64,000 bases of DNA from Candidatus Bathyarchaeota archaeon (GTDB taxonomy: Archaea; Thermoproteota; Bathyarchaeia; 40CM-2-53-6), in NCBI GenBank assembly GCA_963733055.1, contig CAVTBR010000003.1, forward strand, positions 192,001-256,000, read 5' to 3'. A model generated the notes under the pieces. The model did no database searches, had not been told where the DNA came from, and saw only the letters and a program-made list of their open reading frames with translations. Shown here in pieces: positions 49,868 through 60,710 of the stretch; within the stretch, counting starts at the first letter, position 1; each line of letters opens with the position of its first letter. The translations under genes and the position numbers were made by a program.

Positions 49868-51947
49868 CTAGTGAAGTAACGCGTAGATGAAGAGCGGTGC
49901 TAGTGCAAGGGTTATCGTGTTCAACAGTTTAACAACAACATGCAGTGACGGGCCGGCAGTATCCTTGAGTGGGTCCCCAAGCGTGTCTCCTATAACGGTC
50001 GCTGCGTGAACTGGTGACCCCTTTCCTCCTAGGTGTCCTGCTTCTACGTACTTCTTCGCATTGTCGAGTGCGGCTCCAACATTGTTCATAAACAATGCCA
50101 TGAGCACGCCGACGACTGTTCCAACCATGAGTAGCCCTCCGGCGGCCTCAGCCCCCAACAATACGCCAACTAGGATTGGTCCTACTACGATGAGAAGGCT
50201 CGGATACACCATGTTTCTCAGAGCGGCCTTGGTACTGATGTCGATGCAACGCGAATAATCGGGTTTTGCCTTGCCTTTCATGATTCCTGGGATTGCTTTG
50301 AATTGACGTCTGATCTCACGAATCATTACGGCCGACGTATTTCCTACTGCTTTGATTGCCAAGGAGCTGAAGAAGAAAATTAGCATTGCTCCGATAAAGG
50401 CGCCTACGAAAACTCCCGGCTTCGATAAGTCCACACCTTTTAGTCCAGCCACCTCCAGGAACGCGCTGAAGAGTAGGAAAGCTGAGAGGGCAGCGGATGC
50501 GACGCCGTAACCCTTCGTAAGGGCTTTGGTAGTATTTCCGACTGAGTCTAACTCGTCCGAGACGACCCGAGCTCTTGCAGGTACACCTGACATCTCCAAG
50601 ATCCCGCCCGCATTGTCAGTGATGGGCCCGAATCCATCCATGGCTAACACCATCGGAGTGACAGAGAGCATACCCATCGTTGCAATCGCAGTTCCATACA
50701 GGCCTTTCTGGAACGCTGGGCTTGTAAGATCCAAATTACCGCCCAGCGAAGCGAATCCGTTGCCTAACCAGAATGCAAGCAGAATTGCAGCCCCGATAAC
50801 GATTATGAAGAGTCCGGTAGACGACATACCGACTGCGAGGCCATTGACTATACCCGGAGCAGCGCCACTCTCAGAAGCCAGAGCAATTCCCAAGGTAGGG
50901 CTTCTGTGGTATGATGTGTAATAGTCGGTGATCAATGCAACGGCCAACGCTGCGACTATGCCCACAAGCGAGGCGAAGAAGTAGTCAATATCTCCGTTGA
51001 GAAGAATCATCGTAAGCACGTAAAATCCTAAACGCGCTGATTACGCCTGCAACCACAAGCCCTCGTATTAGTGATGAGAACGGGTTCTCCTTCTTGCGGT
51101 GGTACACGAAGAAAGCCCCAACGATAGTTCCAATCAGACCAAAAGCACGAGCCATCAGCGGAAAAATCAGGCCATTTACTCCAAACATCACATAAACCGC
51201 CGGTGCGATGCCGAGGATCATCGCTCCAATGTTTTCGGCGGTTATGGATTCGAAAAGATCGGCACCACGTCCTGCAATATCACCAACATTGTCGCCCACT
51301 AAGTCGGCTATGACCGCGGGGTTACGAGGGTCATCCTCAGGAATACCCGCCTCGACTTTCCCAACCAAATCGGCCGACATGTCCGCTGCTTTCGTGTAAA
51401 TTCCCCCACCAAGCTGAGCGAATAGTGCGGCGAAACTTGCGCCGAAACCGAATCCAACCATAAGCCGGGGATCTCCATGAAATACTAAGAACAAGGACGA
51501 GATACCAAGTAGGCTCAGGGACACAACGGCCAATCCGAAGACTACTCCACCTCGGAAAGCTATCTTCAACGCCCGGTCTAGGCTGGTCATCGCCCCTCTC
51601 GCCGCGCAAACGTTTGACCTCACCGAGATGAACATGGCAATGTACCCGGCCAAATTGGAAGCAAGCGCACCCAACATGAAACCTGCAGCCGTATCGACGC
51701 CAAGCCAGGGGTTCGATGCGTCGCGGATAGCAACCGCCAGAAGAACGGTGGTAATGACAGCGATTATGCTAATGGTTCGATATTGACGAGCCAAGTACGC
51801 CTCTGCTCCAGTTTTGATTGCGGCGGAAATTTCCCTCATTCGATCAGTCCCGGTGTCCTGCTTCAAGATCCAATTGGCCAGGATTCCTGCAACGGCGAGT
51901 GATAGGAAACTTGCTGCGAATACGTATTCGATTGTCATTCCTTTCAA
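49868..51947 (-). CDS. hppA: Membrane H+-translocating pyrophosphatase (GNTTK, K+-independent type), 1-nt insertion near 51030
   Basis: GGGIYTKAAD..ADLVGKVE, EDDPRN, DNVGD, GPITDNAGG, GDPLKDTAGP. Confidence 0.93.
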
Positions 51948-52262
51948 CTCTCTAGGTGAACGCGACGTGCGTAGGAATGCAAGTCGTTATTTAAGTGAAA
52001 CGTCTGCTTTCGGCTGCGAATATGTGAAACGTCCTACTTGGTTGGTTGAGAAGTTTTTTTATTATGAGTTTTGCTTCCTCTCAACTCTACGCCACTCGCA
52101 GTCCCGGGCCCGTTACGTCACAGCCAGATATCGCGGAGAGAGGTCGCTAAGGGCAGGTGAGTTTCCCGTCTCTGAGGCTGGCAGTCGCCGGCATTTCGCA
52201 CCTTATTTAAGCGTGAGCTAGTAGTTGCGCCCCGAGAATCTCGATCAATTGAGGAAGGGAAG

Positions 52263-53030
52263 TTGGTGCGGACGCTCACCATATTCGGATTGGAGAAGTT
52301 TGGATCAATTAGGCCTGGTGACAACGTTGCTCAACTAATCTTCGAGAAGACAAAGGAGGAAGGCATCTCCCTTTCGGACGGGGACTTGGTTGTCATCTCC
52401 CAGAAAATCGTCTCCAAGGCAAACGGACTCTTAGTCGACACGTCAGAAATCAAACCCGGGCAGAAAGCCAAAGCCTTGGCAAAGCGAACGAGGAAAGATC
52501 CCCGCGTCATTGAGCTGATACTTCAGGACTCAACAGCCGTTCTACGCGCCGACGCCCAAGCCTTTGTGGTTCGTAGAAAAGACGGGCTAGTTTGCTTGAA
52601 TGCGGGCGTAGACAAATCAAATGTGGAAGGTCGATTCATTTACAGTCGCTTGCCTCCAAACTCCGATGTTGCCGCAAGTGAAGTTCTAACCCGACTCGAA
52701 CGACTCTTCGGAAAACGGCTCGCCGTAATAATCGCCGACACATACAGCCGCCCCCTGCGCGTAGGGCAAGTGGAGTTCGCGATTGGGGTGGCGGGCATCG
52801 AACCGATCGTCGATTACCGAGGGCTTGAGGATATGTTCGGGTACAGTCTCAGGTACAAGTATGTTGCCATAGCGGACGAAGCCGCTGCGGCCGCTGAGCT
52901 CGTCATGGGACAAGGAACAGAACGCACCCCCGTAGCCATAATACGAGGACTTGACCGAATGAAACTGAGTACGGGCAGAAACCTATCAAAGAAACTTCTC
53001 CTAGGTAGAAGGCTCGACCTATTCCGTTAA
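52263..53030 (+). CDS. cofE: Coenzyme F420-0:L-glutamate ligase
   Basis: KIVSKA, NAGVD.SN, DT..RP.R.G, D.RG..D.FG, ADE.A.AAEL.MG. Confidence 0.9.
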   Translation: MVRTLTIFGLEKFGSIRPGDNVAQLIFEKTKEEGISLSDGDLVVISQKIVSKANGLLVDTSEIKPGQKAKALAKRTRKDPRVIELILQDSTAVLRADAQAFVVRRKDGLVCLNAGVDKSNVEGRFIYSRLPPNSDVAASEVLTRLERLFGKRLAVIIADTYSRPLRVGQVEFAIGVAGIEPIVDYRGLEDMFGYSLRYKYVAIADEAAAAAELVMGQGTERTPVAIIRGLDRMKLSTGRNLSKKLLLGRRLDLFR

Positions 53031-53148
53031 ATCCTATAGATTCAGCCGAATATCGATATTCATACAAGGCCTGTGGCTGCTTCCTCACGGAGTTGTCAGA
53101 AAGGCATTTATGGATTCACATGGAGCCCTTCACCAAGCGTGAGGCCTG

Positions 53149-53448
53149 ATGACTGCACCCACACCAGTGAACGAGCCCAATCCACCTGAAGTTCAACTGG
53201 GAGCTGATGACAAGTACCTAGTCGACATCTTCGCCCCACCCAAGGCCATACCAAGCCCCAAGGAATCCCTGGAGGCCATCAAGGGTGCGGTTAAGGGCAA
53301 GATGCTTGCGAAGATGAAGAAGGAAGCAGTGGATTGTCCAGTAAAGCTGAAGAAAGTCTCGTTCGTAGAATGTTTCACATGCCCGAACTTTAACCGTAGG
53401 GTTCGCGGAAAGGTGGGATGTAAGGGACTCCCTCTACCGACACCTTAG
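53149..53448 (+). CDS. Small Cys4 zinc-binding protein
   Basis: CP.......F..C..C..F.RR..G.V.C. Confidence 0.7.
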   Translation: MTAPTPVNEPNPPEVQLGADDKYLVDIFAPPKAIPSPKESLEAIKGAVKGKMLAKMKKEAVDCPVKLKKVSFVECFTCPNFNRRVRGKVGCKGLPLPTP

Positions 53449-53449
53449 G

Positions 53450-55015
53450 TTACCTCTTGCTCGAAACGCCCGCTATTCTCGCGACCACCGTAACGAGCGG
53501 ATGGAGTTTGGCGGGTGCGATATCTCGGATGAATTCGATGTCATCCCTCTGAAGAAGCCGTAGAACACGCAAGCATCCAAGGTACACCAAAGCGCCCACA
53601 GCAACGAAGACGGGCATCATTACCAGTTTCGTCAGGAACGTCTGGAACAGGGACAGCCCAAGGAACACAACGGCGCCCATCAGCATTGAACTCAGAGCAG
53701 CACAGACAAACGCCCTGACATCTAACTCAAAGTACCCACTTCTCAGGGCCGCGTAACCATAGACTAGGGCCGCGAGAATCATGAGGCTCGCGCGACCCAA
53801 TGCAGGCCCTGATAAACCAAGTACAGGCGTGGCCAGGTATGCGACAACGGCTAAACTAAGGAGCCCCAAGAGGTTGGCCCCCGTATACCACTTTAGCTCG
53901 CCCACAGCCAATAACACCGCTGCATACACCGCCCCCACCGCCGTTAAACCGGTCACTAGGGAAACTATCACTGAAGGCAGGAGACCGCTCACGTACGCAG
54001 GGCCAAAAATCCTGAGAAGAACACTGGTAATAGATGCAAAGCCTACGGCAACCGGAATAACAATGATCGACACATATCTGCTATAATGTCGCACCAAGTC
54101 CCTGATCTCCTTCACCTCATTCGCCGCATGCAGCGACGACAACGCAGGCAAGAGGACGGTCATCAATGCGTAGGGCGCGAAGCCTGAGAAACTGGCAGCA
54201 ACAATGGCTACGTTGTAAATCGCCAATTGTGGTAGGCCTTGTTGCGCGAGTGTGAATAATTTGTCTGCTTGATTTATCGCGTATCCAATTAGAGCACTCA
54301 CAAAAGTAATCGATGAATACTTCACGAACTCCGGCATCGAGAACTCTGCCTTCCCGCCTCGGGCCCCGAAAGTTCCGATCGACGTTCGGAAGGCTAGTGC
54401 GAGCAACACGGCGTCTCCTAAAATCCATCCCCCGAGAACCCCTGTGATGGAGTAGTAGTAGAGAAAAACAGAAGCCAGAAGATAACGAACCACGCTCCAC
54501 AATATGATGTAGATCGTAGCCTTCCGCATCTCGCCGACGGCAATGAGGGAGGCAATGCAAACTTGGCCCAGGGAGAGAAAGATCACATCAACTGCGGCCA
54601 GCTGGATAAACATCGGCAGAACACCAGCCCCACCCAACAGTGCCGCCACAACGTTTGGCAACAAGATGAACACGGCGCCAATGCCGAGAGCGATAACCGC
54701 GGCAATCCCGAGCGACAGGATGAATATTCTTGCAGCACCAGCACGCGCATTCCGCGCAATCAAGTCCGGAATGAATTTCAGAACGGCAAGCGGCGCCGGT
54801 ATCGGCGACTGCATCGTCACCGGCTGCGCAAAAATGCATATGGTGACAAGAAACCAGATCATTAGGTTCAAGGCCGTTACAATACCAACGCCCAATGTCG
54901 AGCGCAGAACGTTGGTCAAAATGAGAAAGTACAGTGTGTTGGCTACCAGAACAACGACATTTGCAATGTAGAGGGACGTCGCACCCCTAGCAACAGCTAC
55001 TCGTGAATGAGCCAT
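53450..55015 (-). CDS. Polysaccharide flippase (Wzx/MOP family)
   Basis: About 14 TM, DK....LA.Y..A, LP..S pattern. Confidence 0.85.
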   Translation of the reverse strand: MAHSRVAVARGATSLYIANVVVLVANTLYFLILTNVLRSTLGVGIVTALNLMIWFLVTICIFAQPVTMQSPIPAPLAVLKFIPDLIARNARAGAARIFILSLGIAAVIALGIGAVFILLPNVVAALLGGAGVLPMFIQLAAVDVIFLSLGQVCIASLIAVGEMRKATIYIILWSVVRYLLASVFLYYYSITGVLGGWILGDAVLLALAFRTSIGTFGARGGKAEFSMPEFVKYSSITFVSALIGYAINQADKLFTLAQQGLPQLAIYNVAIVAASFSGFAPYALMTVLLPALSSLHAANEVKEIRDLVRHYSRYVSIIVIPVAVGFASITSVLLRIFGPAYVSGLLPSVIVSLVTGLTAVGAVYAAVLLAVGELKWYTGANLLGLLSLAVVAYLATPVLGLSGPALGRASLMILAALVYGYAALRSGYFELDVRAFVCAALSSMLMGAVVFLGLSLFQTFLTKLVMMPVFVAVGALVYLGCLRVLRLLQRDDIEFIRDIAPAKLHPLVTVVARIAGVSSKR

Positions 55016-55202
55016 GCTCAGTTTCCTGCTTGCTGCAACCTAGCGCTTCGGATACCAGCCCTTCCCCTAATAAGCGGAATCCACCGCAGGCGTTCTCAAC
55101 ATTTTGATTGGTCGCGATTAGAGAAATCGTTCAACCCGCAGGCCGATGAAAGCCTTTTTACTTAAGGACCAGCCTGCCTGAAATTGACTGGGAGAATTCG
55201 GG

Positions 55203-55910
55203 TTGAAGGCGGCGATTCTTGCCGGTGGTGCTGGCACCCGTCTCTATCCTATCACGGCGTATGTTCCTAAATCCTTGATACCGATCGGTAGCCGCTATGT
55301 CATAGAACACATTCTGGAGTACTTGAAGCATTACGACGTTCTCGATATTGTGATGTTGATCTCCGAGAAGGAGTCGGACCTACTCCGGAATCACCTTGGC
55401 GACGGAAAGCGATTGGGAGTCAATATCGAATATTCCGTGGCTGAACGGATTGGGACCGCGGGCGCCCTGGTCGCCGCGTCGAATCTTCTCGGCGATAGGT
55501 TCCTCGTCTATTATGGTGACGTTCTGACTGATATGAATCTTGCAGATATGATACGATTTCACGAGGGCAAGAAAGCAACTTGCACGATTGCGATGAGTAC
55601 TTCGGTCCCGACGGAGTATGGCGTTGCAAGAGTCACGCCGGACGGAAGAGTAACTTACTTCGAAGAGAAGCCCATAATCAAAGAATACCCGGTGAGCATG
55701 GGAATACTCATCTGCGAAAGAGAAGTTCTACAATACTGTAAACCGAACACGGACATCTCACACGAAGTTGTTCCACAACTCCTTGCCTCAGGCAAACCCG
55801 TCTTCGCATATCTAACAAGCAAGAGACACTACGACATTGGAACCTTCAAGAACCTTGAAGAAGCACGAACCCTCGTGGAACACTCTAAGGGTTCCTTCCA
55901 ACTCGCATAG
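55203..55910 (+). CDS. Sugar-phosphate nucleotidyltransferase
   Basis: ILAGG.GTRL.P.T...PK, GTAGA, YGD, EKP. Confidence 0.92.
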   Translation: MKAAILAGGAGTRLYPITAYVPKSLIPIGSRYVIEHILEYLKHYDVLDIVMLISEKESDLLRNHLGDGKRLGVNIEYSVAERIGTAGALVAASNLLGDRFLVYYGDVLTDMNLADMIRFHEGKKATCTIAMSTSVPTEYGVARVTPDGRVTYFEEKPIIKEYPVSMGILICEREVLQYCKPNTDISHEVVPQLLASGKPVFAYLTSKRHYDIGTFKNLEEARTLVEHSKGSFQLA

Positions 55911-55989
55911 AGCCTGAGTTACTGTGCTTGAGGAACGACTAGGATCAGAGTGGGGCAAGGTTGGGCTATGCGCAGAAGAACTGTTATCG

Positions 55990-56726
55990 TCACATGAATC
56001 TTCCTGAAAGGAAAATGTCTGTAGATGATTTCGCCCATTTTGGATGTACAGGCCAAGATTTTAGACCACACTCACTAAACCATGCAGAGACCTCCCGCAC
56101 AGAATGCTCAGACGCAATTGGTGGACTAAAGGCATCGAAAATTCCGTCAACGGTTTGCAACGGCATTTTCCTGGCAATGAGTTTTGCAAGGCTAACACGG
56201 TGATCAAAGCTTACGCGATTAAAGATGAAGCGCAAAACATGCGTGCGCAACGCTCTCTTCCCGTAAACATAGACATGCAGGACTCCACTATCCTTCAAGA
56301 AAGGCGTAAGATTTCTTAACGCTGTTCCTGGATCACCGGTATGGTGTAATGCTCCCCAGCACCAAACAACATCAAAGAACTTCTGTGGATAGAGAGAGCT
56401 TAACGAGTCATGGTCTAGGAGGTTAGCTCTTTCAAAGTGCCCTCTTGGGACTGCAGTTCTAGCTGCGTTAACAGCACTGGGAGAAGTATCAAACCCGAAT
56501 ACCTCGCAACCAAGCCGATCGAAGCCATATGACCACCGACCAATACCACAAGCCGCGTCAAGCACTTTCTTGCCTTTCAGATCCAATTCCGAACATTCGA
56601 GTTCATCGAGAATGTAAGAGGGCACTTCGTTGCGTTTCCATGTGCGAGAACTATCTGACAGATGACCCCATTGGTATTCAAAAGACGCAATAGTTCTTGC
56701 TTGTTTGTTCGTTGCCTTTCACTCAC
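55990..56726 (-). CDS. Class I SAM methyltransferase; 5' end frameshifted
   Basis: VLDAACG.GRW, WG.LHHT; frame extends upstream as RTIASFEYQW without an in-frame start. Confidence 0.8.
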
Positions 56727-56979
56727 TCGTTGCATGAGAATCTCGCCCCAACGGATATTTCTCCTTATTGGCACAGTTAGAATTCGCAATTCAAATGATT
56801 AAGCGCACCCTCTTTGAACCGACGGCAACCATGCAGTACTCTTGGCAAAGATGAGTCCTGACGATACCCCGTAGGAGCATACCCCCTCTGATGATTCCTT
56901 ACAAAACTATTTCCAGATTTCTGATGCGAATCATGCTTATAATTTGCTTGAGAATCCTTGTGGGAGGTGATGATCAAAG

Positions 56980-58153
56980 ATGGGAATCAAAAATCTGCGC
57001 ATAGCCCATGTTTTCAATCTGGCGAAAGAGCCGACACGGCTCCGTTAATGATGGATATTCCGTTTGCAAGGGTTTGCGCAAACTTGGGGTTGACTCAGAC
57101 CTCATCATAGAGAGGCCCTCGCACGTAGCCAGCCTTCCGCAGTGGGAAGATGGCGAGGTTGACCTAAGCCGTCTTGGGGACCCGTATGACCCAAATTGGG
57201 ACGCATTTGAATGGCCCCAGCCAGACTGGATCCGAGTTTGGGATGACAGAAAGTTATGGTTCCCGTACTCCAGAACTCTTCGATGGTCGTCCCTCCTGCT
57301 TATGCTTCGAGACTACGACCTGATAATCGGGCACGCGCCCTTCGCAAAGACAGCCGGCCTGTACAGCAAGCTCTACCGCAAGCGCTACATTATCTTTGAG
57401 GCAGGGTGGATCAGATACCTTCCAATGAAATGGAGAGGATATGCCGCAGCTAGAAAGGGTTACCGCGACGCAGCGATGATCCTCTTCACTAACGTGGATA
57501 CAGAACCGATGCTCATCGAACAGGGCTACTCGAAGATTGCGTACACCCCCTTCGCTATAGACACAGACAAGTACACTCCTTCACAATCTCCCCCACCCGA
57601 TACGCCCACGTTCTTTCACCCGTCTCGCCAGGACTGGCCTGAGAAAGGAAATGACCGACTCTTGAGAGGCTTCGCAAAGTACGTTCAACGGAACCGAAGG
57701 GCGAAACTTGTCGCCGTGGAATGGTACCAGTCCCCAGAGGACCTGGGAAAAAGCAAGCAACTTGTCTCGGAACTCGGAATACAGGAAAACGTCACATGGG
57801 TGCCTGTGATGCCCAAGGGCAAACTGATAGAGTTCTATCAAAAGTCTACGGCCGTCTTCGACCAATTTCTTTTCGGAGCCTTTGGAACGACGACCCCAGA
57901 GGCCATGAGCTGCGGTAGGCCGGTGGTTGGTTACGTGGAGAACAAATATTGGCAGAAGTACCATGCGGAACCACCACCTGTACTAAACGCATCTTCAGCG
58001 GTCGAAATCTTTGATGCAATGGTGAAATTGGAAGACCAGCAACTGCAAGTCGATCAGGGAAGACGTGGACGGGAATGGATAATGCGGAATTGTGATTGCT
58101 CGCTCGTAGCGTCTCAGCAACTTGAGGTATACAAGAAAGTTCTCGAACAGTGA
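56980..58153 (+). CDS. GT4 glycosyltransferase (383 aa after splicing), interrupted by a 22-nt BHB-type intron
   Basis: GGAGGTGA RBS + MGIKNLRIAHVFNLA|NDGYS; KGND, DQF..G.FG...EAMSCG.PV. Confidence 0.85.
57027..57048 (+). other. Candidate archaeal (endonuclease-spliced) mRNA intron
   Basis: GGCG AA|A GAGCCG-ACA-CGGCTC CGTT AA|T: 4-bp helix, two 3-nt bulges, 6-bp hairpin. Confidence 0.7.
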
Positions 58154-58263
58154 CTAGCTCTCGTAGATGGAGTCCGTTGCAAGAACAAGGCTTAGGCAAA
58201 CAACTCATGCTAGAATCAGCGTAGATAATAATAGTCCCCACGAGTTCATCAGTCGCGATACTG

Positions 58264-58746
58264 ATGGTAAAGTTACGCTTTGTGGCTAGACTCTGGTTCT
58301 ACTTCAGGATGGGGTATTCAACATATCTTACCTTTCTCTTAGGATACGTCTCCACACTGATTACAGTCTATTACCTCGCTATCAAGAACATCCCTGCCCT
58401 GCTCGATATCTTCCCCAAGTTTGTCCCGTTTGCTCTGCTTTCAACTGTGATCGGTGTTCCATTTGCGATTGTAATAGGATGGTTGCATCTCAAAAGAAGT
58501 CTAGCTTACAGTTCCGAGATGGACATAGGAGTGGAGTCAAACCCGTATTACTACAAGTTCCCCCCAGGGTACACCTTAGAGGTGTGGGGCCCAGTCTATC
58601 TCGAACTGCTCCTACAGATGAAGAAGCTTCTAGCCGCGAACAAACTACTCAACGATGAAGAAAGAAAACGTATTGAAAACCTCGAGGAGAAACTACGAAT
58701 ATTAAATGAGGGAGGATACATCGGGCAACCGAGAAGACGTCTATAA
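58264..58746 (+). CDS. Two-TM hypothetical protein
   Basis: WFYFRMGYSTY, GW.H.K, ESNPYYYK. Confidence 0.75.
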   Translation: MVKLRFVARLWFYFRMGYSTYLTFLLGYVSTLITVYYLAIKNIPALLDIFPKFVPFALLSTVIGVPFAIVIGWLHLKRSLAYSSEMDIGVESNPYYYKFPPGYTLEVWGPVYLELLLQMKKLLAANKLLNDEERKRIENLEEKLRILNEGGYIGQPRRRL

Positions 58747-58868
58747 TCACCCACCTTTCTAGGAGACGGATAGCACATCTGCTGAGATGAACGAACCGTT
58801 AACAGAGTGTTTCTCACAACACCTCTCGACCATTTCCGTTTCGCCGGTGCGATGGGTTCGCAAAGAAA

Positions 58869-60638
58869 CTATAGGCTGTTCCATGTAGGAGATACGATGG
58901 GCGGCGAATCGTTGAAGTACAACCGAAGGAAGACTTCCAAAGCCAGGCAATCCCAAATCTTGTTGTATTCTGCGTTCAGATCCGGGGAGATACTCTTCGA
59001 AAGGACACCTCTAATCCAGTCTGGGTTGATTAGCCCCATGGAGACACAACTGCCCTTGGGTAGGTATTCTTCAGCATAGCTACGCAATTCCCTCTTGTAG
59101 ACTTCGAACGGGTTGGGCCCGAAGCCTTGTTTCTTTTTCTCGAACACTCTTTTGGGTAAGTCATTCGAGAGTGCATGCCGTAAGGAAGCTTTCCCCATTC
59201 CGTCCTTGAACTTGGAGGAGAAGGTCATTGAAAAGGCAAGACCTACCAACTCATTGTCTAGAAATGGCACCCTGGTCTCAACGCTGTGAGCCATACTTGT
59301 GGCATCGTCGACAGGAAGGAAATCATATGTCATCTTCGCGCCGAAATCTGCAAACAGAACCTGTTCCATATAAGGTAAAGAGTTGGAGAAGAAAGGCGTA
59401 AGGAATTCTTGAGAACGATGATGTATCCCTTCTGGAATGGACTGACCGTACACATCAGCCTGATCCGGTGGAACATCCCTCGCTTGCGTGCTCAAATACA
59501 ACTGAACTTTATCAGCAACGTTTACAGGCCGTTTGGAATCAAGCGCTCTATATCTGAAATCGTATCCCGCGAAGAGTTCGTCGCCTCCTAGGCCACTCAA
59601 AACCACCTTGACATACTTCCTTGCCAATTTAGCCAGATAGTAGGGGTAGAGGTTCCGTTTCGGGAAGTCCATGTGCCATATCATGTCCGGAAAAGCATCG
59701 AGCAGATTCTCTTTCACAACGGTTTCGTGATGGTTACAACCAAAGTAGTCGGCGATCGCCTTGGCATCCTGAACTTCATCAGTTTGCTCTCCAAATCCCA
59801 TGCAGAATGTGTTCAGCGGTTTGTCGGAGAATTTTGAAGCGAACGCAACCATTGACGCGCTGTCGATCCCTCCCGAAAGATAGACGCCCACAGGAACGTC
59901 ACTGATCATGTGACGCTCAACGCTGCGACTGAGTACGTTCTTCAGCTCACCATCGGGCAGGGTTTCGAGCTTGGGCTGGGGTTGTAAGGTCCAATACTCG
60001 GTTTCCCTAAGGCCCGAATCATCAAACACCGCGTAATGTCCTGGCAAGATCTTCTTAATCCCGGTAAACATGGTTGAGGAAAGTGGAACGTAGCGAAGTG
60101 AGAGGAAGTATGCAAGTGCGTCCTTGTCGAGCTCACGACGTACGCCGGGGTATTTGAGAAGCGACTTGATTTCTGAAGCGAAAACAAGTTGGCCGTTGAC
60201 GTGCGTGTAGTAGAGGGGTTTGATGCCTTGTCTATCCCGTGCGAGTATGAGTCGCTTGGTCTTGGAATCGTACATCGCCAGAGCAAACATTCCGTTGAAC
60301 ATCTCAAATGCTTTCAGTCCATACTCTTCGTAGGCGTGTATCGTCGTCTCTGTGTCTGAGTTGGTTGAGAACCTGTGCCCCTTTGCCTCGAGATCACGTC
60401 TTAGTTCTCTGAAATTGTAGATCTCACCATTGTACATGACTACGATCGTTTCGTCCTCGTTGTAGATTGGTTGTTTTCCCGTTTTCAAATCAATTATGCT
60501 TAGGCGGCACTGGCCGAGCATGATGTGATCGTCGACGTAGAACCCAAGATCGTCTGGCCCCCTGTGGCGCAAAATGTCGGTCATGTCGCGGAGTAGGGTT
60601 TGGTCTGGGACCCCAGTTGCGCCGCAGATTCCGCACAT
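58869..60638 (-). CDS. asnB: Asparagine synthase (glutamine-hydrolysing) family amidotransferase
   Basis: MCGICG, HRGPD, RLSIID, NGEIYN, LSGGIDS, G.GGDELF.GY. Confidence 0.93.
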   Translation of the reverse strand: MCGICGATGVPDQTLLRDMTDILRHRGPDDLGFYVDDHIMLGQCRLSIIDLKTGKQPIYNEDETIVVMYNGEIYNFRELRRDLEAKGHRFSTNSDTETTIHAYEEYGLKAFEMFNGMFALAMYDSKTKRLILARDRQGIKPLYYTHVNGQLVFASEIKSLLKYPGVRRELDKDALAYFLSLRYVPLSSTMFTGIKKILPGHYAVFDDSGLRETEYWTLQPQPKLETLPDGELKNVLSRSVERHMISDVPVGVYLSGGIDSASMVAFASKFSDKPLNTFCMGFGEQTDEVQDAKAIADYFGCNHHETVVKENLLDAFPDMIWHMDFPKRNLYPYYLAKLARKYVKVVLSGLGGDELFAGYDFRYRALDSKRPVNVADKVQLYLSTQARDVPPDQADVYGQSIPEGIHHRSQEFLTPFFSNSLPYMEQVLFADFGAKMTYDFLPVDDATSMAHSVETRVPFLDNELVGLAFSMTFSSKFKDGMGKASLRHALSNDLPKRVFEKKKQGFGPNPFEVYKRELRSYAEEYLPKGSCVSMGLINPDWIRGVLSKSISPDLNAEYNKIWDCLALEVFLRLYFNDSPPIVSPTWNSL

Positions 60639-60710
60639 GTCCCTTCCAACGCAGAGAGTCGCCTTAATTCCTTATGGCATTTTCCTTGCGGTATGGACTG
60701 CTAACTGATC

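Noticed and set aside
52108-52185. CAGCC...CTGA-GGCTG hairpin as a C/D or H/ACA sRNA
   Set aside because: No acceptable C box or ACA tail.
56880-56925. TGATGA...CTGA C/D-box-like pair
   Set aside because: Spacing is too short and there are no internal D'/C' boxes or terminal stem.
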